Both the position numbers and the translations under genes were made by a program. From Candidatus Anstonellaceae archaeon (GTDB lineage Archaea; Micrarchaeota; Micrarchaeia; Anstonellales; Anstonellaceae): 64,000 nucleotides of DNA. The stretch spans positions 974 to 64,973 of the forward strand of contig JAWAEU010000006.1 in assembly GCA_038891055.1 (NCBI GenBank). The letters run 5' to 3'. The notes beneath the pieces were generated by a model. That model was not told the origin of the DNA. It was given only the letters and a program-made list of their open reading frames with translations, and did not search any database. Within the stretch, counting starts at the first letter, position 1; each line of letters begins with the position of its first letter. Shown piece after piece: positions 1-8,420 of the stretch.

Positions 1-43
1 TGAGAACGAGTTGTAATAAAATAAAAAACATCTTTTTAATCAC
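1..43 (-). CDS. Possible 5' end of a secreted protein running off the window (MIKKMFFILLQLVL...)
   Basis: GTG at 43, preceded by a GGGTGA SD-like motif (48-53); basic then hydrophobic N-terminus; only 14 codons visible. Confidence 0.3.
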   Translation of the reverse strand, partial: MIKKMFFILLQLVL

Positions 44-141
44 TATATCACCCTTATAAAAAAATTATAAAAGAAAGAATTAATAAATCTTTTGATTGCA
101 TAGATGAAGTTAAAATTAAAAATAAAAAAACCTAAAAGATA

Positions 142-777
142 TTGATGATTGGGGGAATAGATGAAGCTGGAAGAGGATGTATTATAGGACCCATGGTTAT
201 TGCTCTTTGTATGATAAATCCAATGGAAGAGTACAAATTAAAAGAATTAGGAGTAAAGGACTCAAAATTATTGAGCAAAAACAAGAGAAAAAGGCTTTTT
301 TACAAACTCCAAAAAATTTGTAAAATAAAAAAATTTGTTATTAGTGCAGAGCAAATAAATAAATTAATGGAGGAAAAAAATTTAAATGAAATAGAAGCTT
401 TTTATTGTGCAAAATTAATCGAGAGTTTTCCCTATAAAAAAGTATATATTGATTCTCCAGACCCTCAGCCAAAAAATTTTGAAAAAAGAATAAGAAAATA
501 TCTAAAAAATAAAGAAATTGAAATTATTGCACAAAACAAAGCAGATGATACTTATTTGATTGTAGGAGCAGCCTCGATTATTGCGAAGGTTACTAGAGAT
601 AGAGAGATAGAAAAAATAAAAAAGAAAATTGGGGATTTCAATTCAGGATACACCTCAGACCCTCTTACAATAAAATTTCTAACAGAAAATCTTAGTAGAC
701 AAGAAGTAAAAAAATACGTAAGAAAAAAGTGGATTACATTAAAAAAATTAAAACAAAAAAGAATTTTTGAATATTAG
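142..777 (+). CDS. rnhB: Ribonuclease HII
   Basis: GIDEAGRG..IGP motif, DSK, ADDTY..V.AASIIAKV.RD, SGY.SDP. Confidence 0.97.
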   Translation: MMIGGIDEAGRGCIIGPMVIALCMINPMEEYKLKELGVKDSKLLSKNKRKRLFYKLQKICKIKKFVISAEQINKLMEEKNLNEIEAFYCAKLIESFPYKKVYIDSPDPQPKNFEKRIRKYLKNKEIEIIAQNKADDTYLIVGAASIIAKVTRDREIEKIKKKIGDFNSGYTSDPLTIKFLTENLSRQEVKKYVRKKWITLKKLKQKRIFEY

Positions 778-1544
778 AGGTTTCTTTGCTTTACTCCTTC
801 TTCAATTGCTTTAGAAATTGCCGCGATTGATCGTTTTACATCTTTGTTTTTTTCTAAAATAGTGCCAAGTTGTAGAATACTTGCGCCTGCTTTTACTAAA
901 TCTTTTGCTTGAGCTGGAGTTCTAATACCACCTGCAACTATAAGAGGAATATTACAATTAGACCTAATTGTTTTTATAAATTCAGCACTTAGTGGACCTT
1001 CAGCTGGATTTGAGCCGCTATCCACCAATGCAAAATCCATACCCATATATTGCGAAACTTTTGCCAAATAAGCTGCAATTATAGGTTTTGAGCGAGGGAC
1101 TAATTTGACATCCCCTACCCAGCCTACAGTGCCACCTGGCTCTACCACTATATAACCAACAGAAATTGTTTCTAAATTAAATCTCTCAATTAAGGGGATT
1201 GCTAAAAATTGTGCTTGGGTTATCCAATATGGATTTGAAGAATTTAACAGCGACATAAAATAAATAGCATCAGAAAATTTTGAAATAGTGGAGATATTTC
1301 CTGGAAAAAGAACGAGTGGAATGGAAATTTCGCTTTTTATTTCTTTGCATATTTGATCTAAAAGCTCTCCCCCAACACCTATCGAACCGCCTACTAAAAT
1401 GTAATCTGCACCCCCCTCTTCAGCCTGCTTTGCTGCTTTTATTCCTTCTTCTAAAGAAGGATGATCAAGAGGATCTACTAAAGCAGCTAAAAGTGCTCCT
1501 TTTGTTTCTAATTTTTCAAATAAGTATTTTTTTACATTTGCCAT
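774..1544 (-). CDS. Geranylgeranylglyceryl phosphate synthase (PcrB/GGGPS family, group II-like)
   Basis: LVDP, ILVGGS, PLVLFPGN, SLLNS.NPYWI..AQ, GYIVVEPG..VGWVG, GGIR motifs; the YLEAGSG motif appears as LVDSGSN. Confidence 0.9.
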   Translation of the reverse strand: MANVKKYLFEKLETKGALLAALVDPLDHPSLEEGIKAAKQAEEGGADYILVGGSIGVGGELLDQICKEIKSEISIPLVLFPGNISTISKFSDAIYFMSLLNSSNPYWITQAQFLAIPLIERFNLETISVGYIVVEPGGTVGWVGDVKLVPRSKPIIAAYLAKVSQYMGMDFALVDSGSNPAEGPLSAEFIKTIRSNCNIPLIVAGGIRTPAQAKDLVKAGASILQLGTILEKNKDVKRSIAAISKAIEEGVKQRNL

Positions 1545-1579
1545 AAATTTAAAAAGTAGAGCTAATATAAAAACTTAAC

Positions 1580-2539
1580 TTAAAGACTAGAAGAAGGAAA
1601 AAAACTTTTTGTAACTATTTCTATTCCCTCCTCAAATGGAGTTTTTGCACTCCAGCCTAAATCTTCTCTTGCTTTTTTGCAATCAAATAATCTATCCTGT
1701 ACTAACTGATTTAACATTTCTTCGTTAATTCCCTCTAATAAATTGAGTTTTATTACAAGCTTTGCAACTAACGTTGGGACAGAAAAGAAATTAGTATTTG
1801 CATTTAAAATTTTGGCTGCTAAAAAAAACAATTCTTTTTGGGTTAATTGTGGCTCTTGAACTATCAAATATTTTTTAGGAGTTTGAGCTTTTTTGTAAAT
1901 AGATAAAAAAATTGCATCAATCACGTCTTTATAAAAAATTAGTGGAATGTGATTATTTCCTTCTCCAATCAGAGGCATTTTTCCTTCTTTAATTTTTTTT
2001 AACACTGGATAAAAACCTTCTTTAAAATCAGGCCCATAGATCATACCAGGTTGTAAAACGATAATCTCAAAATCTTTTGCAAAACTCAAAACCCTTTTTT
2101 CCCCTTCTAATTTTGTTTTACCATAACTTGAAGAGGGAGAGGGTTCAACTTCTTCATTTATTACTCTTCCACTTAAAATTGGATATACTGCAATAGAGCT
2201 AATATGGATAAATTTTTTTATGTCTTTTTTACTAGCTGCATTTAAAATTTCCTCGGTTGCAAGTACATTTGCCCTATACAGTTCTTCATAAGTTAAATTA
2301 AAATTTGTACTCCCGCTAAGATTGACCACACAATCTATTCCATCTAATACTTTTGTATAATCCTCTAACTTACTAGCTATAGCTGTGTTTATTTTATTAT
2401 CTAAAACTTCTTTAGAGCTTTGACTTCTAACGACTGCTATAAAGTCCAAATCTTTTTTTAAACAAAAATTGCAAAAATTTCTCCCTAATCTTCCTGAAGC
2501 TCCAAAAATAGCTAATTTCATAAATAATTCAAAATACAA
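1580..2539 (-). CDS. NAD-dependent epimerase/dehydratase (extended SDR)
   Basis: GASGRLG Rossmann motif, HISS.AVY, YGKTK (YxxxK). Confidence 0.9.
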   Translation of the reverse strand: MYFELFMKLAIFGASGRLGRNFCNFCLKKDLDFIAVVRSQSSKEVLDNKINTAIASKLEDYTKVLDGIDCVVNLSGSTNFNLTYEELYRANVLATEEILNAASKKDIKKFIHISSIAVYPILSGRVINEEVEPSPSSSYGKTKLEGEKRVLSFAKDFEIIVLQPGMIYGPDFKEGFYPVLKKIKEGKMPLIGEGNNHIPLIFYKDVIDAIFLSIYKKAQTPKKYLIVQEPQLTQKELFFLAAKILNANTNFFSVPTLVAKLVIKLNLLEGINEEMLNQLVQDRLFDCKKAREDLGWSAKTPFEEGIEIVTKSFFPSSSL

Positions 2540-2632
2540 AAAAATAAAAGACTAATTACTTAAATAAATATAAAATGATGAAGCGAGGTATTTCTAAGCT
2601 TTTGCAATGAAGAAAAACTTGAGTACTGAAAA

Positions 2633-2887
2633 TTATCTAATATTTTTCTTGTCTATTATAATATAGTCGGCAGCAGCCAATACTGCCTCAAAAGGAATTG
2701 AGAGAAGTCCATCTTCTTGCGGAAGAGACCTAAATTTCTCATTGTCTGGATTTGCCTCTACTAAAATGGATTGAATTTTTCCTGTTTGCTCATGCACTAT
2801 TAGATCTACCACTTTACCTACATCTTCACCTTCGTTGGTAATAACTCTCTTTCCTCCAAGTTGCTTTGCTATTACTATTTTTGCCAT
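2633..2887 (-). CDS. Stand-alone PRC-barrel protein (CdpB-like)
   Basis: 84 aa; GKRVIT.EG..VGKV.DL....TGKI..I.V and IPFEAV.A..DYIII pattern. Confidence 0.8.
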   Translation of the reverse strand: MAKIVIAKQLGGKRVITNEGEDVGKVVDLIVHEQTGKIQSILVEANPDNEKFRSLPQEDGLLSIPFEAVLAAADYIIIDKKNIR

Positions 2888-2939
2888 CAGACATCACCCA
2901 GATAATTGTTAAAAAATACTGCAGATTATTTTAAATACC

Positions 2940-3278
2940 TTATCCTTTGTTAAAAATCTTATAAATTTGCACATGAGGGACGTTTTGAATATAGCGTATA
3001 TCATTCTCATTAATATAACCAAGTGCTTTTGCGATCTCTACTGAATTTTTTCCTACTAAATTAATACTATCACACTGTTCAAATAATTCTTTTGCTTTTG
3101 ATAAAACTAATTCCTCGCCTACATAAAAATTTTTAAATGTGTCTAGATCCAAAATTATTTTTGAATCTGAAAACTTTTTTCCAATAAGCTCACTATCACA
3201 AAGAGCTAAAATTAAACTATCCTGGGAATAGTGTAATTTATAAAAAATTGAAGAATTACTTTTTTTCATAATTTTCAA
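2940..3278 (-). CDS. DUF424 family protein
   Basis: LALCD.ELIGK, FYVGE, INLVG..SV..A..LGYI, VPHVQI. Confidence 0.8.
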   Translation of the reverse strand: MKIMKKSNSSIFYKLHYSQDSLILALCDSELIGKKFSDSKIILDLDTFKNFYVGEELVLSKAKELFEQCDSINLVGKNSVEIAKALGYINENDIRYIQNVPHVQIYKIFNKG

Positions 3279-3558
3279 GCCATTTTAAATATTTCCTATT
3301 TACTTTAGAAGGTTTAATTATATAAATCATTGGACAGCTATAAGGATGATTTTTTTCTAAAAACTCAAAAAGTTTTTTGCTATTTGCTGTTTTAAATTCT
3401 ACTATCCACTCCTCTCCCTCAACCTTTTCTTTATTCCAAAAATAAATAGAATTTATTTTATAGTAAGCTGCACAAGAAGCCAATCTTTTTTCTACTGCTA
3501 CTCTAGCAAATTTTTTTGCTTCTTTTTGCGTTGAAAATGAACTAATTACGATCTCCAT
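3256..3558 (-). CDS. cutA: CutA divalent-cation tolerance protein
   Basis: EKRLASC, SIYFW, E..VEFKT, HPY.CP.I motifs. Confidence 0.9.
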   Translation of the reverse strand: MEIVISSFSTQKEAKKFARVAVEKRLASCAAYYKINSIYFWNKEKVEGEEWIVEFKTANSKKLFEFLEKNHPYSCPMIYIIKPSKVNRKYLKWLENYEKK

Positions 3559-3585
3559 TTTAAAATATTTTAGAAATTTAAGTTT

Positions 3586-4842
3586 TTAAAGCTTAAAACT
3601 CCCCACAATTAAAATATTAGGTAGTACATCCAATTTTAAGGAATTAGGATTTGAGTTTTGATTAGAGTTAGGAATATTTATTTGCCCACTAAGTTTAAGA
3701 AAATTATTTTCAAACTTAATTGAGAACTGGTAATAATTCACTGAGCTTTTGTCAACATGGGCAGAAAAACCAGCAGTCAAGACTCTACTTAGTTGATTGA
3801 TCAATATTCCACCAACTGAAAAATTTAAATTAGAATAATTAGTTGGATAAAAATAGTTTTGATAATTATTATAGCCTCCAATAAGATATAATCCCGATAG
3901 TGTAAAACCTCCACTAAAGTTGAGATAACTGCTTACATAGTTTAAATTTCTATTAAAAGTAGAGCTATAATATGAAGCTAAAAGAAAATTAGAAGTATTA
4001 GTGAGAGGAACAGCTAATGTGCCAGCTATATTTAAACTGTAGCCAAAGTCTTGAAAATGGGTAATGCCAAAATTACCACAGAAAATAGAATTGCTGTAGC
4101 TAATACCTCCTCCAACTAAAAGTTTTTGTTGCGAATCATTTGAGAGGGAAAGAATGTTTTGTTTATGGTCATGAGAGAGAGAATAAGTAGAGAGAGTATA
4201 AAATCCACCCTTAAAATCAAATACCCACTTGGATGAATTAGAAGAATTAGAACTTAGTGGAATTTGAACCCCACCAGAAATAGCATTTGGGGCACTATAG
4301 CCAATGAGAGTATAGGGAAGAGGTTCTTGTAGTGAATCTGGAACAACGACACTAATATTTTGAGAATTTAGAGAAAAACTAAAACCTTGTTGTGCTAAAG
4401 AATTTAGATTATTATAATTTATGATTGCTGGGGGGTGTGGAGAGGAAATATATGCCAGAGATTGAGAAAAAACCTCTGGTAGTGGTTTAGCTGCAATATA
4501 TATCAAGAGATAATTATTACTATCTAGTTGAATTTGAAGAGTATCTGGATAAATATTCTTTTTTATGGAGATGTCCACAGTAGTGGAATCTACTGCTGAA
4601 TTATTAGTGAAAGCAGGGCCACTCTTATCTTGTGGTAGCACTTGTGCTTTTTTTGCAGCAGAAGTAGGAAAAGATTGGGTGGGGTTTTTTAGTTGGGAAG
4701 AAAGTGGGGCTGAATAGAGAAGAGAAGATAAAATTAAAAATTTTGTAAAAAATGATTTTATGCGATAGGAAAATTTATTATTTTTTGTTTTATTTATAGA
4801 GGTTTTATTTATAGAACTTTGAGGTTTTTTTATTAATGACAT
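3586..4842 (-). CDS. Hypothetical secreted Ser/Asn-rich protein with a beta-strand-rich C-terminal half
   Basis: 418-aa ORF with SD (AGGTGG); basic N-region followed by a hydrophobic stretch; Gly/aromatic alternating segments. Confidence 0.65.
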   Translation of the reverse strand: MSLIKKPQSSINKTSINKTKNNKFSYRIKSFFTKFLILSSLLYSAPLSSQLKNPTQSFPTSAAKKAQVLPQDKSGPAFTNNSAVDSTTVDISIKKNIYPDTLQIQLDSNNYLLIYIAAKPLPEVFSQSLAYISSPHPPAIINYNNLNSLAQQGFSFSLNSQNISVVVPDSLQEPLPYTLIGYSAPNAISGGVQIPLSSNSSNSSKWVFDFKGGFYTLSTYSLSHDHKQNILSLSNDSQQKLLVGGGISYSNSIFCGNFGITHFQDFGYSLNIAGTLAVPLTNTSNFLLASYYSSTFNRNLNYVSSYLNFSGGFTLSGLYLIGGYNNYQNYFYPTNYSNLNFSVGGILINQLSRVLTAGFSAHVDKSSVNYYQFSIKFENNFLKLSGQINIPNSNQNSNPNSLKLDVLPNILIVGSFKL

Positions 4843-4901
4843 ATAAAACCACCTTTATACATATATTAAAATAATGAAAAAAAGTGTTTAAAAATGTATC
4901 T

Positions 4902-4941
4902 TTTTGAAAAATTTTATAAAGTTTTGAAAAATTTTATAAAG
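4902..4941. repeat. Perfect 2 x 20-bp tandem repeat TTTTGAAAAATTTTATAAAG
   Basis: Read directly at 4902-4921 and 4922-4941; intergenic. Confidence 0.9.
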
Positions 4942-4968
4942 ATATTAAAAACCTTTTTGAGAAATTAC

Positions 4969-5988
4969 CTAACGACAAACTTCTTTTTGTTTATCACATA
5001 CTGAATTATAACAATCTGCATCTGTTTTACATGGCTTTGGAACACACTTGTGTAGAGTTGGAGAGCCGATGTTTAAATCACATCTGTAGTTTATTTTGCA
5101 ATCTGCACTAGATTCACAAGATCCTGGCTTTAGAGTACACACATGCTTGTTAGTATCACAATATTGCCAGGGGGCGCATTCAAAATCAGAGCTGCAATAG
5201 CCTTCTCTTGAGATACATTTTCCAATGCTCAATTCACAATATTGCCACCAAGAACATTCTTTGTTTGAACCACATTTGTTTTGCACGAGAGTACATTTAT
5301 TTGTTTTTTTATTACACACTTGAGTGCTTGGACAATCACTATCTGTGTCACAAAAACCTGGGCTTGGCAAACATCGCTTTAATTTCGAATCACAATATTG
5401 ATAATTTTTGCAATCTAAATCGTTATCGCAAAAACCTGGTTTTGGATAACAAATATTTTTAGACAAATTACAAAGAGAGTAAGAGGGACAATCTGAATCT
5501 CTATCGCATCTACCTGGCAAAGGCACACATTTATTTTGATTTAAATCACAAAGTTGATGAGGTTTACAATCAAAGTGATCAAAACAATAGCCCTCTAAAG
5601 CTTTGCATTTGTGAGTGTTATTATCACAATATTGATATTGACTACACAACAAATTAGAATCACAATAGCCAGCCTTTGGTAAACATCTTCCATTTGCTAT
5701 ATTGCAAACTTGCCAGTTTTCACAATCACTATCGCTATTACAAAAACCTTTTTTTGGCATGCATATATGAGTTTTTTGCTCACAATATCTAGAAGGATCT
5801 TTGCAATCCTCATCATAGTTGCACATTCCTTCTTTAACAACACACGTTTTTTTTGATTGATCACAATATTCCCAATTTTGACATTGGGCATCTTTTTCGC
5901 ATGGGGCTGAGAGACAACCTGAAAGAAAAATAATAAAACCAACCAATCCTACCAAAAATAAAATTTTTTTATAACATAAAAATGACAT
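4969..5988 (-). CDS. Lipoprotein with 12 tandem four-cysteine repeats
   Basis: Start reassigned to ATG 5988 to remove the overlap with the upstream gene; lipobox-like FLSGC; ~26-aa repeat C-x5-C-x5-C-x6-C. Confidence 0.8.
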   Translation of the reverse strand: MSFLCYKKILFLVGLVGFIIFLSGCLSAPCEKDAQCQNWEYCDQSKKTCVVKEGMCNYDEDCKDPSRYCEQKTHICMPKKGFCNSDSDCENWQVCNIANGRCLPKAGYCDSNLLCSQYQYCDNNTHKCKALEGYCFDHFDCKPHQLCDLNQNKCVPLPGRCDRDSDCPSYSLCNLSKNICYPKPGFCDNDLDCKNYQYCDSKLKRCLPSPGFCDTDSDCPSTQVCNKKTNKCTLVQNKCGSNKECSWWQYCELSIGKCISREGYCSSDFECAPWQYCDTNKHVCTLKPGSCESSADCKINYRCDLNIGSPTLHKCVPKPCKTDADCYNSVCDKQKEVCR

Positions 5989-6022
5989 AAAAACCACAAA
6001 TTTAATATATAGATAAAAATTT

Positions 6023-6541
6023 TTAAGGCTTTTTATTAGATTTTTTAGATTGCTTTGAATTAAAAGAGGAATAATTAGCCAAAGCACAACAACTTAAATT
6101 TTTTTTAATTTTTCCTGACTTGAGATATTTCTCAAAATAATCAAAAAAACATGGTTTTTGATTGTGATTTTTATTAAATATACCAACAAAATATAAAAAT
6201 TGTTGCATTTGTTTTAAAGTTATTGGAGAGAGCATGGACTCAATTGCTTTAGAATCATTATAAGCAAATTTTTCTGGCACCCCTATTTTTTTTAAAAATT
6301 CAAAAAAAATATTTGTGCGCTGTTTTATTTGCCTTACTTTTTCTTTTCCTTTCTTTGTAAAATTTACCCCCACATAAGGCTGATAGATAACCAGTTCCTC
6401 TTTTTGAAGCTTTAAAATCATCTCTAAAACCGACGAAGGCTTTACATTTAATTTTTTAGCCAAAGTAGAAGTTTTTGCAACTAATCTTTCCTGTAGTAAT
6501 TCATCTATTGCCAAAAGGTAGCGATCAGAGGCATTTGACAC
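6023..6541 (-). CDS. MntR/DtxR-family transcription regulator with degenerate metal sites
   Basis: wHTH LAKKLNVKPSSV.EM..KL...L..YQPY.GV.FT.KG and dimerisation region FL..IGV....AYND...IE..LS; GTG start. Confidence 0.85.
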   Translation of the reverse strand: MSNASDRYLLAIDELLQERLVAKTSTLAKKLNVKPSSVLEMILKLQKEELVIYQPYVGVNFTKKGKEKVRQIKQRTNIFFEFLKKIGVPEKFAYNDSKAIESMLSPITLKQMQQFLYFVGIFNKNHNQKPCFFDYFEKYLKSGKIKKNLSCCALANYSSFNSKQSKKSNKKP

Positions 6542-6560
6542 AATATAATTAGTAGAAAAA

Positions 6561-6640
6561 GATTTATAAATTTAGGCTTGCCTAAACTTTTTAGGGTAAT
6601 CTATAAATTAACCTAAAATAGGTTAATTAACTATATAAAT
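6561..6640. promoter_or_regulatory. Divergent promoter region with palindromic operator-like sites
   Basis: TTTATAAA at 6563-6570; TTTAGGC-TT-GCCTAAA at 6571-6586; degenerate copy at 6590-6605; 10-bp-arm inverted repeat at 6606-6628; TATATAAA at 6632-6639. Confidence 0.7.
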
Positions 6641-6667
6641 AAACAATAAAAAACTGAAGGTGGAAAA

Positions 6668-7075
6668 ATGGTTTTTGGTTTTCTTAAAAAACAACAACCC
6701 CAAAATAATCAGGATATTAACGATAGAACAAGTTGTAAAACCTGTAAAACAAATTGCATAGATGAGGTATTAGAAAAAACAGGACAAAAAAATAATTTTA
6801 AGTTGAGGTATGAACAACTTCCACTCCATATACAACTTCAAATGGAAAAACTAAGAGAGCTAATAGTTAAAATAACTGAAGATATAAAAATAAACAATTA
6901 TTCTTCAGCAATGAAAAAAAAGCAAGATGCACTAGAAACCTATGCACAGATGCTTGGCAGCATAACAAATACATATGGACCAAATCATCCACTTGCACTA
7001 AATTTTTATTATATTGTAGAGTTAATTTTGCAAAGACATACTACTGAAGAATCTTATAGATTTTTAAACCAATAG
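6668..7075 (+). CDS. Hypothetical protein with a CxxCxxxC motif
   Basis: 135-aa ORF with SD AAGGTGG; SCKTCKTNC near the N-terminus; helical C-terminus. Confidence 0.65.
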   Translation: MVFGFLKKQQPQNNQDINDRTSCKTCKTNCIDEVLEKTGQKNNFKLRYEQLPLHIQLQMEKLRELIVKITEDIKINNYSSAMKKKQDALETYAQMLGSITNTYGPNHPLALNFYYIVELILQRHTTEESYRFLNQ

Positions 7076-7085
7076 AGGGAAGTAA

Positions 7086-8408
7086 ATGAGTGAAGGTATA
7101 AAAGCGACAAAGAGAGCTACACCACCCCTAGGAGGTTTTCAGCAATTAGGTATTAATCAAGCCCTTAGACAGGGATATATAAAACAAAGAGATGCACAAG
7201 AGATAGCACAACAAATAAATAGAGTTACAAATACTTTACAACAAAATATTACAGCTATTAATCAAACTCCACTTCACAACCATCACTGCCAATGTGAAGG
7301 CTGTGCTGGCACTAAGGGATGCTGCGGCTCATTTAACAAACAAGAGATATTAGCCTATATTAATGCAACAAATCAAAATCCAGCAGTATTTTTTTCTCAA
7401 AACCCAAAAGATTTAGAAATAAGACAGGAGTTATTAAAAAGGGAGAGAGAACGCATTTATAAACAAGTAGAACAACAATCACAAAAAATTGAGACAGAGA
7501 TTATAAATAATTTTTTGGGATTGCAAAATACAAAGTTAGCTGATAGCTCATCAAACTATAGAGAAAAAAGCCAAGAGCAAGAAATTCTGACAAATAGGCC
7601 AGTAGAATTAGCTACAAAAGAAGAAATCCAAAATCCCAAGGCTATTAATAGGAAAATAGTTAACTCTCAATTAGATAATAAAGAGCTTAGGTATAATTTA
7701 TTTAATAATGAAGTTATAAAAAAAGATTTTGAGCCCCATATACCTCAAATTAAGATAGAAAAAGAAAAAGCTAAAAACAAAATAGATTTAAAAAACCTAG
7801 AGAAAAATAAGAAACTAGACCTAATAACTCTTAAAACTCACTTTGCAAATTCAACTACTGAAAATAAAAATTATAAAACTACTTCCTCACAACAAGCGAA
7901 ATTTGTACAAACTTATTATACTATAATTAAAGCTATAAAAGAGATTAGAGAAATTCTAAAGACAAGGGAGATAAATTACAAACTAAAAAATAAAATAGAG
8001 AGTATTTTATCAAAGATAGAGAAACTTTCACAAAATATTGAAAATAAAAAACTACAAAAAATTATCAAAAATACAATAGAAAAATTAAAAGAAGAATTGA
8101 AGAGAAAATTAGAAAATCTCCAAACTCAAAAGAAAAAAGAAAAAGTAGAGAGTAAAAATAGGGTGGAACAAAAATTTGAGATAAAATTAACTAAAAAAGA
8201 GTTAGAAAAAATAAAAAAAGTTATAAATAATATTTTGAAGCAAGAACAGCAACTAAACAAAAATTTAAATAAAAAACTAAGATATCAAACTCTTCTAAAA
8301 CTTTTTATATTACAATATTACCAAATAAAAAAACAAAAAGGAGGAAAAAACAAAAAAATATTACAAAAAATATTGGAAAAACTTGGATTCAAAAAAGTAG
8401 AAAACTAA
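7086..8408 (+). CDS. Hypothetical protein with a His/Cys cluster and a Lys-rich coiled-coil C-terminus
   Basis: 440-aa ORF, 10 bp after the previous gene; HNHHCQCEGCAGTKGCCG. Confidence 0.65.
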   Translation: MSEGIKATKRATPPLGGFQQLGINQALRQGYIKQRDAQEIAQQINRVTNTLQQNITAINQTPLHNHHCQCEGCAGTKGCCGSFNKQEILAYINATNQNPAVFFSQNPKDLEIRQELLKRERERIYKQVEQQSQKIETEIINNFLGLQNTKLADSSSNYREKSQEQEILTNRPVELATKEEIQNPKAINRKIVNSQLDNKELRYNLFNNEVIKKDFEPHIPQIKIEKEKAKNKIDLKNLEKNKKLDLITLKTHFANSTTENKNYKTTSSQQAKFVQTYYTIIKAIKEIREILKTREINYKLKNKIESILSKIEKLSQNIENKKLQKIIKNTIEKLKEELKRKLENLQTQKKKEKVESKNRVEQKFEIKLTKKELEKIKKVINNILKQEQQLNKNLNKKLRYQTLLKLFILQYYQIKKQKGGKNKKILQKILEKLGFKKVEN

Positions 8409-8420
8409 ATTTGAATCTTA

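Noticed and set aside
4902-4941. 20-bp repeat as a mini CRISPR array
   Set aside because: Two copies directly adjacent with no spacer, and no cas genes.
5989-6087. First 33 codons of the Cys-repeat ORF
   Set aside because: They overlap the regulator gene on the same strand; the signal peptide and lipobox fit the ATG at 5988.
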